A stretch of DNA of 64,000 nucleotides from Candidatus Woesearchaeota archaeon. GTDB taxonomy: Archaea; Nanobdellota; Nanobdellia; Woesearchaeales; JAGVYU01. The notes beneath the pieces were generated by a model that made no database searches, was not told the DNA's origin, and was given only the letters and a program-made list of their open reading frames with translations. The position numbers were made by a program, and so were the translations under genes. The stretch is taken from the NCBI GenBank assembly GCA_018303105.1, contig JAGVYU010000061.1, positions 3,109 through 67,108 on the forward strand, given 5' to 3'. Every line of letters starts with the position of its first letter. The stretch's first letter is position 1. Below, piece after piece: positions 18,201 through 26,305 of this stretch.

Positions 18201-20067
18201 GACTCAGTGTATGCCCAATGATAAGTATGTCCAGAATTCCTCCAAGACAGAGTACGATGCTAATTATCAAAGTTGTTATGCAGTGACTAATTTATCCACT
18301 GATCGATGGAATAATGGCATTAATAAGACTTATTGGAATTTCACAAACAAGACGTGCGACTTCTGCACTCCCTCGTGGAGTTGCTCAGGATACGGCGCTT
18401 GTCAGATGAATGGAACTCAGAGGTGCAATGCCGCACTCGATGCAAACTCCTGTTTCGCCCAGACCCATCTAAATAATGATAATTACCCGGGCAATTATTC
18501 AGAATTCCCAACGAACATGTGCCCCATCGAGTGCTCAACGAATTCTGATTGCAATGATGGGAATCAAAGCACAGAGGATAGCTGCATTAACGCCTCAACG
18601 ATAATCTCTAACTGTACATATTCCACTATCAACTGCTTCACAGACTCTGAATGTGGCGAGACTGGATTTATTGGCTCTTTGTTCTGCGGGGGTAATGATA
18701 TTCAACAGAATTATCAAACCGCCACTTGTTCCAATCCGGGAACGTCACAAAGCAATTGTTCCGTAACACTCTCTCCAGAATACATCCAAACGTGCGATTT
18801 TGCATGCTTTGAAGGAGTGTGCAAGGAGTGCGATGAAGATGCGGACTGTAATGACAACAATGCTGCAACAGAGGACACTTGTCAAAATGAGGGAACGTCA
18901 AATGCCATTTGCAGAAGTCTACCCATCAGATGCTTCACTGATATAGATTGCGGAATTAACGGTTACGAAGGAGATGAGTTTTGTAGCGGAGATAATATCC
19001 AACAAGAGTACAGATCATTTACATGCTTAGATCCAGCAACATCCGATAGCTCCTGCACATCGAGTACAACACCGTTAACCAATAATATTTGCGATTACGC
19101 CTGCCTCGAAGGCTCATGCATTCGATGCAATGAAAACGCTGATTGTAATGACAACAATAGCCTAACAGCAGACACTTGTATTAACCCTGCAACATTCCAA
19201 AGCAATTGCTCAAACAAACTTAGTCCTCTAGTTATCAACTCTCCTGCGGATGCAGTATTCGGTGTAAAACGTATTCCCGTAAATATCTCCACGAATGAAG
19301 CCATTGATGAAATAACATACCGGGATTTACGAGATGCCCGAGGCAGAGAAAGAACACTATGTAGTAGAGGATGCGAAGGCTACGGCAATGACAAGAAGAA
19401 AACCATCACCTTTAATGACGGGGAGCATGAAGTCAGCTTTAAAGCATACAACCCAACAGGACAGGTTATAGACGAAGAGATCGTAACTTTTAGGGTAGAC
19501 AGCAAAAAACCAAAAATAACCAAAACAAGCCCAACATCAGGATTTGGAACGGGAATTTTTGAGGTGGAGTTTAAAGAAGAAAACCCTGCAGAGCTCATGC
19601 TCCATTATGGCAGCGAAGATCCAAGACTGGTTAACATAGAAGATGAATGCACGTTGGAGAAGGATACATACGCCTGCGCGCCAGAAGTGGATGTATCCCA
19701 GTATGATGGAAGCTCTTTGAGCTATTGGTTTGGCCTTAAAGACATTGCTGGAAGTATGGACTCTTCGCGACCGCGTAGTATTGATGTGGATATAACACCG
19801 CCAGTCATCAATTCATTTGGCTTCCCGCCACCTGATGGAAGAAGCGTCACATTTACATTCAACGTAACTGAACAGAACTTCGATTCCATCAAATATGAAG
19901 ATTGGAGCAACGGAAAGCCAAAAACAGGCACACTCTGCACACGATTAAAGAATGGGATATGTGAAGCTAGGAAAACATTTAGTAAAGGAAGTCATAACGT
20001 CATCTTTACAATAGCAGATTATGCGGGGAATGAAGAGCAAACGAGTGCGGTGTTTACGATAACATAG
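15271..20067 (+). CDS. Giant secreted surface protein: PGAP1-like lipase domain, thrombospondin type-3 calcium-binding repeats, and two families of Cys-rich repeats rich in N-glycosylation sequons
   Basis: A signal peptide is present. AAHSMGGLAVRGY is the GHSMGG nucleophile elbow. DSDNDGIKDVNDNCPYSYNPNQANYDGDSAGDNCDPDDDNDGFND is a TSP3-type DxDxDG repeat. A roughly 60-aa module (CxxC...NxSW...YDSNYxSCY...WNNGxNKTHY) occurs at least 5 times. A second roughly 95-aa module (CxTDxDCG...NCS...CDxAC.EG.C..C.E.ADCND.N..T.D.C) occurs 3 times. There are dozens of NxS/T sites. Confidence 0.8.
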   Translation: MWMRTKPKLMALLNISVFFLFILVQVAYADLEGYVYKVKDGPEGYYASSSFSSGTLHFFFDNAEEISTQLNEDGSFEIDPGDLFCWEGCNIYPAITLKEIRVYEGEEPLSSLLIPYSNINQSYNAINPVFINLFLDNKEINDDVITWDSSFISAEDLIGIQSSEESIYFVSWNGTIVIPEEEEYFFSFEGMGSVNFWIDGQQGIFKGKVGEGIKLTPGEHELRAEYFILNSTSSPNILWRYNEVSGFVPLENLRITSGESKKVMKDSRFQTLSLSDYGLSEIYPSWSWWGYVTYNTQKRPLLLIHGWSNNNLGPAQTNLWTQWGTLPGGLENLGDEILEVVYNPANLDNRKNAGMLNLVLSQIKNYGYNFEKIDVAAHSMGGLAVRGYIQNMGLTSSGNSVSYGSNIRKAIFIGSPLQGTYLANLINDGYNFPGSCDALDFFFNLNVVSEATKNMEIGSDYLWNLNTASFNSNVDYLTIGGFNQYVACLYNSNMVEDGVVPMSSSNLLGYNVPHITLDRVHTTIVDNPQVLGVIDDFLNNRGTNEIKSNLYYSGEYYIDPSSHYYLALGGITISFTDKNRVTGVQIYNPTTGWKNLYQNSRTKRWFYLNPVPPNFNFNSFTTELPVGTYNIYYNEGSGFFYSGQNAYIDYDSTTYVTINNLDSDNDGIKDVNDNCPYSYNPNQANYDGDSAGDNCDPDDDNDGFNDNQDVCQFQYGTCRGCPLNPNWTLNSTWSACTVQDTQFKNYYDTNMCGQTPPPPVSQACNFCNYSPTNTSWSFFANVSLCRTNDTQLINVSRKEYDSNYASCYQITGISFDLWNNGQNKTHYTTNQTSCDYCYPIPLNSSWGDWYNITVCRANKTKVQEREKTEFDSAYSMCYALTQNPLDKWNNGNNKTHYQQTTIPCCDPILTNTSPSQWTNVSCLINDTMNQTRFKIEYDSNSCGTVQNRTIIEYQQIEKCDFCKPNPINTSWSPWQNATQCMPNDKYVQNSSKTEYDANYQSCYAVTNLSTDRWNNGINKTYWNFTNKTCDFCTPSWSCSGYGACQMNGTQRCNAALDANSCFAQTHLNNDNYPGNYSEFPTNMCPIECSTNSDCNDGNQSTEDSCINASTIISNCTYSTINCFTDSECGETGFIGSLFCGGNDIQQNYQTATCSNPGTSQSNCSVTLSPEYIQTCDFACFEGVCKECDEDADCNDNNAATEDTCQNEGTSNAICRSLPIRCFTDIDCGINGYEGDEFCSGDNIQQEYRSFTCLDPATSDSSCTSSTTPLTNNICDYACLEGSCIRCNENADCNDNNSLTADTCINPATFQSNCSNKLSPLVINSPADAVFGVKRIPVNISTNEAIDEITYRDLRDARGRERTLCSRGCEGYGNDKKKTITFNDGEHEVSFKAYNPTGQVIDEEIVTFRVDSKKPKITKTSPTSGFGTGIFEVEFKEENPAELMLHYGSEDPRLVNIEDECTLEKDTYACAPEVDVSQYDGSSLSYWFGLKDIAGSMDSSRPRSIDVDITPPVINSFGFPPPDGRSVTFTFNVTEQNFDSIKYEDWSNGKPKTGTLCTRLKNGICEARKTFSKGSHNVIFTIADYAGNEEQTSAVFTIT

Positions 20068-20207
20068 CTTTTCTGGAAACCCCCGGAACTATTCCGACGC
20101 TCTCCCAAAGGTTTAAATAGATAAACTTTTGAAAGATAACTCATGGCTTTTATGACAATTAAAGCTCCCACCAGCAATCTTTTTAAACGTTCTAATAACC
20201 ACAGAGG

Positions 20208-21026
20208 ATGGTGAGGGGTGTGTTGCTAACAAAAGATGAGGCTATATGCCTCATATTGAAACTGTCAAAAAACGGAGAAGTCTCGTCTCCAACTAAATTA
20301 AACAAGCTGCTGGCAAGATTAAACCTCTTCTTTATTCCCATTGAATTTAAATTTTCATTGAATAAGTTTGGTTCCTTTAGCGCTGACGTATCTGATTTGC
20401 AGGACAACGATTATTTTGGCGTGGTGCCCTATGAGTATATGGGAAAAATCACCAGGAAATTCGTGTTAAAACCGGAAGGAAGCGTACTTTTTGCACAGAC
20501 CATCAAGCCAAAGATTGATAAGATACTTAAACCAGAAGAATTCGAGGAACTGAAAGAAACGATTCAACATCTTAGCTCATTACGCGCAGCTGAAATTTCT
20601 GATAATGAACACAAAAAACTTCTTGTTGATATTGATGACCGGTTTAAGCTCGCACAAAAGATCAACTCAACATTTGTAGAACTGTCTGAGATTTACCAGA
20701 AGATAAACACGATACAAGAGAACACCATTGCAGAAATAGGGTTAAAAGCATTGATAGAATACTGTTATCACCTCATCAAGTATTTGAAGGAAAAAAGGTT
20801 TAAACACCTTCCAGAGGAGGAATATGATTTTGATGCTCACATGTTTGACTATTATTTCTTGGAGAACGTATCCAAAATAATACCTTTTTTAAATGAACAA
20901 ATCTCGAGTCAGGAGAAAGATGCTATAAAAATAAATAAGTTTTATCAATATTTTGTAAATTCCGTAAGAGAGGAGTATCCCTTCTCGATTGATAATAAGC
21001 ATCTGAAAGAATTGATCACTTGCTGA
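20208..21026 (+). CDS. Hypothetical protein in the AT-rich cassette
   Basis: Open reading frame with codon usage distinct from its neighbours (about 35% GC) and a helical C-terminal half. Confidence 0.4.
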   Translation: MVRGVLLTKDEAICLILKLSKNGEVSSPTKLNKLLARLNLFFIPIEFKFSLNKFGSFSADVSDLQDNDYFGVVPYEYMGKITRKFVLKPEGSVLFAQTIKPKIDKILKPEEFEELKETIQHLSSLRAAEISDNEHKKLLVDIDDRFKLAQKINSTFVELSEIYQKINTIQENTIAEIGLKALIEYCYHLIKYLKEKRFKHLPEEEYDFDAHMFDYYFLENVSKIIPFLNEQISSQEKDAIKINKFYQYFVNSVREEYPFSIDNKHLKELITC

Positions 21027-21610
21027 CCATGCCAAATACGTATGCCTTCGATGATTGCTCAATCTTAAAATTGTGTTCAATACATATCCCGGTAGCATTT
21101 CAGGCATTCTTCCATAAAACCAGCGTGACTGCAAAAAACGGTAATAACGTGAAAGCACTCATTGATAAGCTGGCAGCGGCGGGATATCCCAAGTATAGAT
21201 TTGTCCCTTCTGAGAATATGGATGGGAACATAATAAAAGTTGCGAACCAGCTCTTAGAAGGATACAATATTCGTATGCTTTCCCCCGTATTCAAATACGA
21301 AGTTATAGGTCAATTAAAGGAGTTTAATGGCCGGATTAACGAAGAATTCCTGAAGATCAATAAAGGGGAGGATATTGCTGAGATTAAACAAATGTTTAAA
21401 CAAAGTATAAGAGAACTCAGTAAACAGGATTCTATGCCTCAGGATGACGACTTAAAGATTATTCAAGGATACTGCAAGTTTGAATGCGCTGGAGACAAAT
21501 ATCTCATTACTGAAGACGAACATTTTTGGGGTTATGCGGATTTAATTCTTAAACGATATAATATCTATGTAGTTAAAGAATGGGAATGTCATACCCTCAG
21601 TATCTCATAA
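21020..21610 (+). CDS. Hypothetical protein in the AT-rich cassette
   Basis: It overlaps the previous ORF by 7 nt, which suggests an operon. Confidence 0.4.
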   Translation: MLTMPNTYAFDDCSILKLCSIHIPVAFQAFFHKTSVTAKNGNNVKALIDKLAAAGYPKYRFVPSENMDGNIIKVANQLLEGYNIRMLSPVFKYEVIGQLKEFNGRINEEFLKINKGEDIAEIKQMFKQSIRELSKQDSMPQDDDLKIIQGYCKFECAGDKYLITEDEHFWGYADLILKRYNIYVVKEWECHTLSIS

Positions 21611-21650
21611 TCCCATGATTACCGACAAATAAATCTTTAAGTGGAGTAAA

Positions 21651-21890
21651 ATGACACAATGCCATCATTGCGGTGGACAAATGAAAAAGAGCGTAGATTT
21701 GATTATCCATAGTGGAAGAACTATTCCGCAAAGAGCACTGAAATGCGTTTCCTGCGGCAAATCCACCGTGAGCATGGAGGAGTACGAACGGGTCAGGAAG
21801 GTTCTGCATCCTTCTCTTTTTGATAAAATCAGGTCTTTTTTTAAGCCCAGCACGGAAGCCGTTGATCTTTTTAAGGGAAGGGTTCTTTAA
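21651..21890 (+). CDS. Small zinc-ribbon protein
   Basis: CHHCGG...CVSCGK gives two CxxC pairs. Confidence 0.4.
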   Translation: MTQCHHCGGQMKKSVDLIIHSGRTIPQRALKCVSCGKSTVSMEEYERVRKVLHPSLFDKIRSFFKPSTEAVDLFKGRVL

Positions 21891-21893
21891 TTT

Positions 21894-23351
21894 TTATAAT
21901 AGACTCTGCCTTTTTTGCTGCCGGGATTTAGGGGAGAAATATGAATGATCATCAAACATTCTCTCAATCTCTTTCAGGCTGAGGAATATGCCGTGTATCT
22001 CTTTGATTCTTGTTATGGCCTTTTCCGTGAATCCGTTTTTTGATATAAATATAAATTTGTATTCTCCCAAAAATGGGATGAGCTTGGATTTTTTCATCAA
22101 GCTATCGACAACGTCTATATCGACTGGCGCATTGGTCCATTTTACCTCTCCGACAAGTATCTTTCTGGATTTGTGATTATATGCGACAATATCTATTTCT
22201 TCGCCGGTCCTGTTCCACCAAGCGCCAATATTTTCAAAATCGAGAACATACTCATCTACCTCTTTGTTTATGTAGGTGATAAGCAGCTCTTTGCATATTC
22301 CCTCGAATACCCTCCCAACGTATGCATTAAGGTTTTCTTTAATTTCATCTTCTACAAGTTTACTATTGCCGATATTAAGGGCAGTCTGATTTGGAAATAC
22401 AAACCGATACCAAAAACTAAAGAAATTATCTTTTAATCCGTACCTTCCAAGCCGTTCCTTGCCCAGTACAGGGTCTTTTCTTCCCAGCAGATCTAGCAAT
22501 TCATCAAGTCTTTTTATGTATGCAGGCATAGTATTTACATCAATTCCTGTAAAATCATGGATTTCTTTGATCGTTTCCTTACCTGCAGAAGCTGCCTGCA
22601 ATATCGAGTTATATTTAGCATGTATTCGCACATTCTCGTATTCAAGCAAGTTTTTTGGCTCTTCAAATAATTCTGCTCCTTTCTTTAGTAATAGCTCATA
22701 TATTTTTTTGTGGATGTCTCCCCCTACTCTTTTGACTTTTTCAAGATAATAAGGTGTACCGCCAAAGACCGCATAGGTAGTTATTTTTTCTTCTTCATTT
22801 AACTCTTTAAACATTAATCTGAAATCAGAATATTTAAAAGGAGCTATTTTTATCCTTGCTGCTCGCCCATATAACGCTCCTGCTTTGCTATTCGTTATCT
22901 TTTGTATCATGCCAATTGATGAGCCAACAAGGAGGAGCATAAGTTTTTTATTCTTTAACTTTTGATCCCAATAATTCTGTAATTCTGTTATAAACTGGGG
23001 TGAAATTTCCAGAAACCTTTGGAATTCATCAATGACTAAGACAAAAACCGTATCCGACTTTCCCGCTATAAAATCCAAAAAATCGCTAAAATCTGCAAAC
23101 GCTCTCACTTCGCCTAGTTGCTCTTGAACTGTTTTCGATAAAGAGTCTAGTATTCCTTGCTTTTCCACCAGATCTACATAGAAATACAGTTTATTTTCCG
23201 GCAGTGATTTAATAAACTGCCGTATTAACTCTGTTTTACCTACTCTTCGCCTTCCATAGACAACGAACATTTTGCCAGACTGCAAATTAGCAAACTCTTC
23301 TTTTAGCAGTTTGAACTCCTGCTTCCTATCGTAAAACGTGCTGTTTTCCAT
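21894..23351 (-). CDS. Archaeal-ATPase family protein (PF01637-like AAA) with a C-terminal DUF234/PD-(D/E)xK-like domain
   Basis: Walker A is VVYGRRRVGKTELI and Walker B is VLVIDEFQ. The C-terminus reads EIDIVAYNH...ILVGEVKW, a D...E.K nuclease-like motif. Confidence 0.75.
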   Translation of the reverse strand: MENSTFYDRKQEFKLLKEEFANLQSGKMFVVYGRRRVGKTELIRQFIKSLPENKLYFYVDLVEKQGILDSLSKTVQEQLGEVRAFADFSDFLDFIAGKSDTVFVLVIDEFQRFLEISPQFITELQNYWDQKLKNKKLMLLLVGSSIGMIQKITNSKAGALYGRAARIKIAPFKYSDFRLMFKELNEEEKITTYAVFGGTPYYLEKVKRVGGDIHKKIYELLLKKGAELFEEPKNLLEYENVRIHAKYNSILQAASAGKETIKEIHDFTGIDVNTMPAYIKRLDELLDLLGRKDPVLGKERLGRYGLKDNFFSFWYRFVFPNQTALNIGNSKLVEDEIKENLNAYVGRVFEGICKELLITYINKEVDEYVLDFENIGAWWNRTGEEIDIVAYNHKSRKILVGEVKWTNAPVDIDVVDSLMKKSKLIPFLGEYKFIFISKNGFTEKAITRIKEIHGIFLSLKEIERMFDDHSYFSPKSRQQKRQSLL

Positions 23352-23476
23352 TTTATATTAGCATGATAATGTTATAACATTAACAAACTAATGTTATATA
23401 TAAATCTTTCGAATTTGGCCATATTAATTACTATGGCCGCGCTCGAAGTACTTGGGGATGAAGGGATGAAAGTTAA

Positions 23477-23603
23477 TCCGGCTTAAAGAACAACCTCTGC
23501 GTAGCACGAACGACCTTTAGCAAGGGAAACCACAATGTCCTCTTTACGATAGCAGATGATGCAGCAAATAACGAGCAAACGAGTGCGGTGTTAACAATTT
23601 GAT
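23477..23603 (+). pseudogene. Remnant of the last roughly 42 codons of a paralogue of the giant surface-protein gene
   Basis: It translates as SGLKNNLCVARTTFSKGNHNVLFTIADDAANNEQTSAVLTI*. The end of the 15271..20067 gene reads LKNGICEARKTFSKGSHNVIFTIADYAGNEEQTSAVFTIT*. The two are about 80% identical in nucleotides over 80 bp. An in-frame stop lies immediately upstream of the fragment. Confidence 0.55.
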
Positions 23604-23835
23604 ACTCCAGCAATTCCACACAGACTTAGTCAAGATGGACGTCTCAATAGAAGATGCGGAAAAGCTCTTTAAAGAAGCAATACAAACCTTAAAAGAAGAA
23701 ATTCCGTATAAAGCGGAAGACTGCCAGTATTGTGTATACATAGACGAAAATAATGCGTAACTCCACATTCTAACTCGGAATTATTCCGACAAATTCTAAG
23801 AAGCCTATGTAAACCCCATAATTTAAATCTAAGGC

Positions 23836-24189
23836 ATGCAGACAAGGATCAGAGCAGAAAATCCTGAGAAAATCAAAAGCATTCTGAGAACATACAAAGA
23901 GCAGGATATTGAGTATAATGAGGTTAATGACCACTTTAACCACAAACTAAAGAGAGAAGGTGTCAACAAGCAGGATGTGATAAGAAACCTATTAAACCCA
24001 GAAAACCTAATATTCGTCGGGGTCTCAAAATCGAAAAATCCACGGTTTGAGTATGTCCATGATCTTTACTTCAAAATTGGCAAAAACAGAATCATAAAAA
24101 TACCGACGAGCATGAAAGCGAAATCTTTATATCTTATCACAATAATCGGAATGAGGAGGATTGATGATGAAGCGCGAAAATACGAGTAA
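23836..24189 (+). CDS. DUF4258-like small protein (putative toxin of a DUF4258/DUF2283 pair)
   Basis: Size and overlap with the downstream DUF2283-like ORF support the pairing. This is a weak motif-level call. Confidence 0.35.
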   Translation: MQTRIRAENPEKIKSILRTYKEQDIEYNEVNDHFNHKLKREGVNKQDVIRNLLNPENLIFVGVSKSKNPRFEYVHDLYFKIGKNRIIKIPTSMKAKSLYLITIIGMRRIDDEARKYE

Positions 24190-24520
24190 GGAAATGGAAT
24201 TCAGCTATGATGCAATAAATGACTTACTCTATGTCTATAAAAAAGACACAAAAGTTGACTACAACGAGGCTATCGGAGATATTCACATCGAATTCACAAA
24301 ATCCGGAAAAGCTATCGGTGTTGAGATCCTGAACGCCTCGGATATCCTCAAGGAATTTGACATCCCTCAGAAGATGCTTGATCATTTAACCGGAGCTGAA
24401 CTAAAAGTTGTAAAAAACGGAGCCGCATTCTTGGTTTTGCTTACACTCCATTCTGAAAACAATGAGAAATCAGCGATGATCGCGCTGAGTCCAACGGCAC
24501 AAGCGATTCACGCGGTATAA
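24161..24520 (+). CDS. DUF2283-like small protein
   Basis: MEFSYDAINDLLYVYKK...IHIEFTKSGKAIGVEILNAS is the DUF2283 pattern (YD...D.LY..F, then G...G.EI..AS). Confidence 0.45.
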   Translation: MMMKRENTSKEMEFSYDAINDLLYVYKKDTKVDYNEAIGDIHIEFTKSGKAIGVEILNASDILKEFDIPQKMLDHLTGAELKVVKNGAAFLVLLTLHSENNEKSAMIALSPTAQAIHAV

Positions 24521-24618
24521 ACATCCATACCCTTGTCCTAAACTATTTGTTTATTAGAGAAACATTTATATATCAGTTGATATTTTAATAGTATCAATTG
24601 ATACTTTGAGGGATCAAT

Positions 24619-24903
24619 ATGCAAAAACTCACCAAAAAGAAAAATAGTTTTACCGGACGCTACCCTAACCTCAATACTGTCTTAATGGTCGAAGATTATC
24701 TCAATAGTCATAGGGATATTCCCATCACACTTGCTGAGTTAAGAACCGTATTACCGAGACAGGTCATGAACCAAACCTTAAAAATAATTCTTGAGTACCT
24801 TTGGGCAAGCGGAAAAATCATTTATGGGCCACGCGGAGTACAATGGATTTATCAGGAGCCGGATCACATTAAGAAGATGCTGGAGAATAGCCTGGAGATC
24901 TAG
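24619..24903 (+). CDS. Small winged-helix-like protein
   Basis: A 94-aa ORF. ITLAELRTVLPRQVMNQTLKIILEYLWASGKIIY reads as a helix-turn-helix plus wing. Confidence 0.3.
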   Translation: MQKLTKKKNSFTGRYPNLNTVLMVEDYLNSHRDIPITLAELRTVLPRQVMNQTLKIILEYLWASGKIIYGPRGVQWIYQEPDHIKKMLENSLEI

Positions 24904-24949
24904 CATGTACTTTGGAAAAGAAGTCATCCTCGCCATTGTTGCTGCAGAA

Positions 24950-25618
24950 CTAATTCGAGAACGGATTCACGTTCAACGGCATATACTTCATAATCTTGAA
25001 GATTATTGTTTCCGGATAAATTTGGATCATGCCCTTCCTAAACTGCGAAGCGAAGAGCGTTGGATCCCCTGAACCCACAACATAGATGCGAATAAGCTCA
25101 TTGAACACATACGCCCTTAATTCATGCGGTTTTTCAAAAAACAACTCTTGAGATGTTGCGTTTAAAATCGCGTCATCGGAGAGCAATTGAAGTATATGCT
25201 GTTTCTCAAACGACTGCCCGGCCACGATGATTTTGAGATCGTCCATGCCCTCAAACATCGCTTTTTCATAAATAATGAGTTTATACACCTCTCCCTGAGC
25301 TTCCTCTTTGCGGTCTTGACTCCACAGAGCTTCGAAAGCATGGAGTTCGCCAGAAGTAAGCGGCAATGCTTCCGCGGGCGTTACTGTAAATCCAGAAAGC
25401 ACTCTGCCCTGATCCATGAGGATCACGAGCTTATTCTGCGTTGGCATATTCTCGCGGAGGTCCCGAACATCCTGATATGTCATATAACCCAGGGCGAGCA
25501 CAGCAAGAACGAGCAGGATTCCAGCTACAAAAAATGCAGTGATGATCTTCTTCACAAACCACCAAACGACAAGAATGACCGCAACATAGATGATAATCGT
25601 GATGAGCAATGGATTCAT
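24950..25618 (-). CDS. Membrane protein, hypothetical
   Basis: It has two N-terminal TM helices followed by a soluble domain. Confidence 0.4.
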   Translation of the reverse strand: MNPLLITIIIYVAVILVVWWFVKKIITAFFVAGILLVLAVLALGYMTYQDVRDLRENMPTQNKLVILMDQGRVLSGFTVTPAEALPLTSGELHAFEALWSQDRKEEAQGEVYKLIIYEKAMFEGMDDLKIIVAGQSFEKQHILQLLSDDAILNATSQELFFEKPHELRAYVFNELIRIYVVGSGDPTLFASQFRKGMIQIYPETIIFKIMKYMPLNVNPFSN

Positions 25619-26256
25619 ACGCGCTTTCTACCCTTGCGGTTATTTAATCTTTGCGTTTTCCCCCATGCGACAATCAACGCGTGAAACTCGTTATAAACTT
25701 TGAAATCGTGTGGAAGCTCACGCATACAGCGCTGTTGAATCTCATCATATGTTTTTTCCTTGAAGCCATGGAGGGCAAATAATCGCTTTGTATACGCGTC
25801 GACAACGAAAATTGGACGCCTGAACGCATACAAAAGGATTGAATCCGCGGTTTCAGGGCCAATGCCATGCACATGAAGAAGTTTTTCCCTCTGTTTCTCA
25901 AGAGAGAGCATGCGAAAATAAGGATTCCGCTTGAAAAATGATGCGATTTCCTTCAATTTTATCGCTTTCTGATTAAAATAACCCGAAGAGCGAATGCATG
26001 TTGCGAGTGTTGACTTTGGACATTTCAGCAGAGCAGAAAACGAGAGCAGTTTATTTTTTCTTAATTGCTCAAGCGCCTTCTCCACATTCTTCCAAGATGT
26101 GTTTTGCGTGAGGATCGCGCCTATGATAATTTCCTCGCGTTGTTGTTGATTCCTCGGACACGAATAATCACGCGGATGATATTTTCCCGCGATGGGCCAC
26201 CAGCCTTGAGGATGATGGTTCTTGAGAAGCATTTTGAAAAGGGTTTGCATATGCAT
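25615..26256 (-). CDS. HhH-GPD base-excision DNA glycosylase (endonuclease III family)
   Basis: LHVHGIGPETADSILLYAFRRPIFVVDAYTKRLF is the helix-hairpin-helix GPD motif with a catalytic Asp. Confidence 0.75.
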   Translation of the reverse strand: MHMQTLFKMLLKNHHPQGWWPIAGKYHPRDYSCPRNQQQREEIIIGAILTQNTSWKNVEKALEQLRKNKLLSFSALLKCPKSTLATCIRSSGYFNQKAIKLKEIASFFKRNPYFRMLSLEKQREKLLHVHGIGPETADSILLYAFRRPIFVVDAYTKRLFALHGFKEKTYDEIQQRCMRELPHDFKVYNEFHALIVAWGKTQRLNNRKGRKRV

Positions 26257-26305
26257 CAGTCATGAAATGTAAACCGCAATTAAAGCATTATGTGATTACT
26301 TTAGA

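Noticed and set aside
15739-19940. Small minus-strand ORFs, including the Ile-rich 17068..17412, inside the giant surface-protein gene
   Set aside because: They are antisense to a 4.8 kb ORF with clear domain content. The Ile-rich frame is the complement of the Asp/Asn-rich TSP3 repeat.
23635-23759. A 41-aa ORF (MDVSIEDAEKLFKEAIQTLKEEIPYKAEDCQYCVYIDENNA) right after the pseudogene fragment
   Set aside because: It could be a real micro-protein. It is too short to support without homology or expression data, so it is not listed as a feature.
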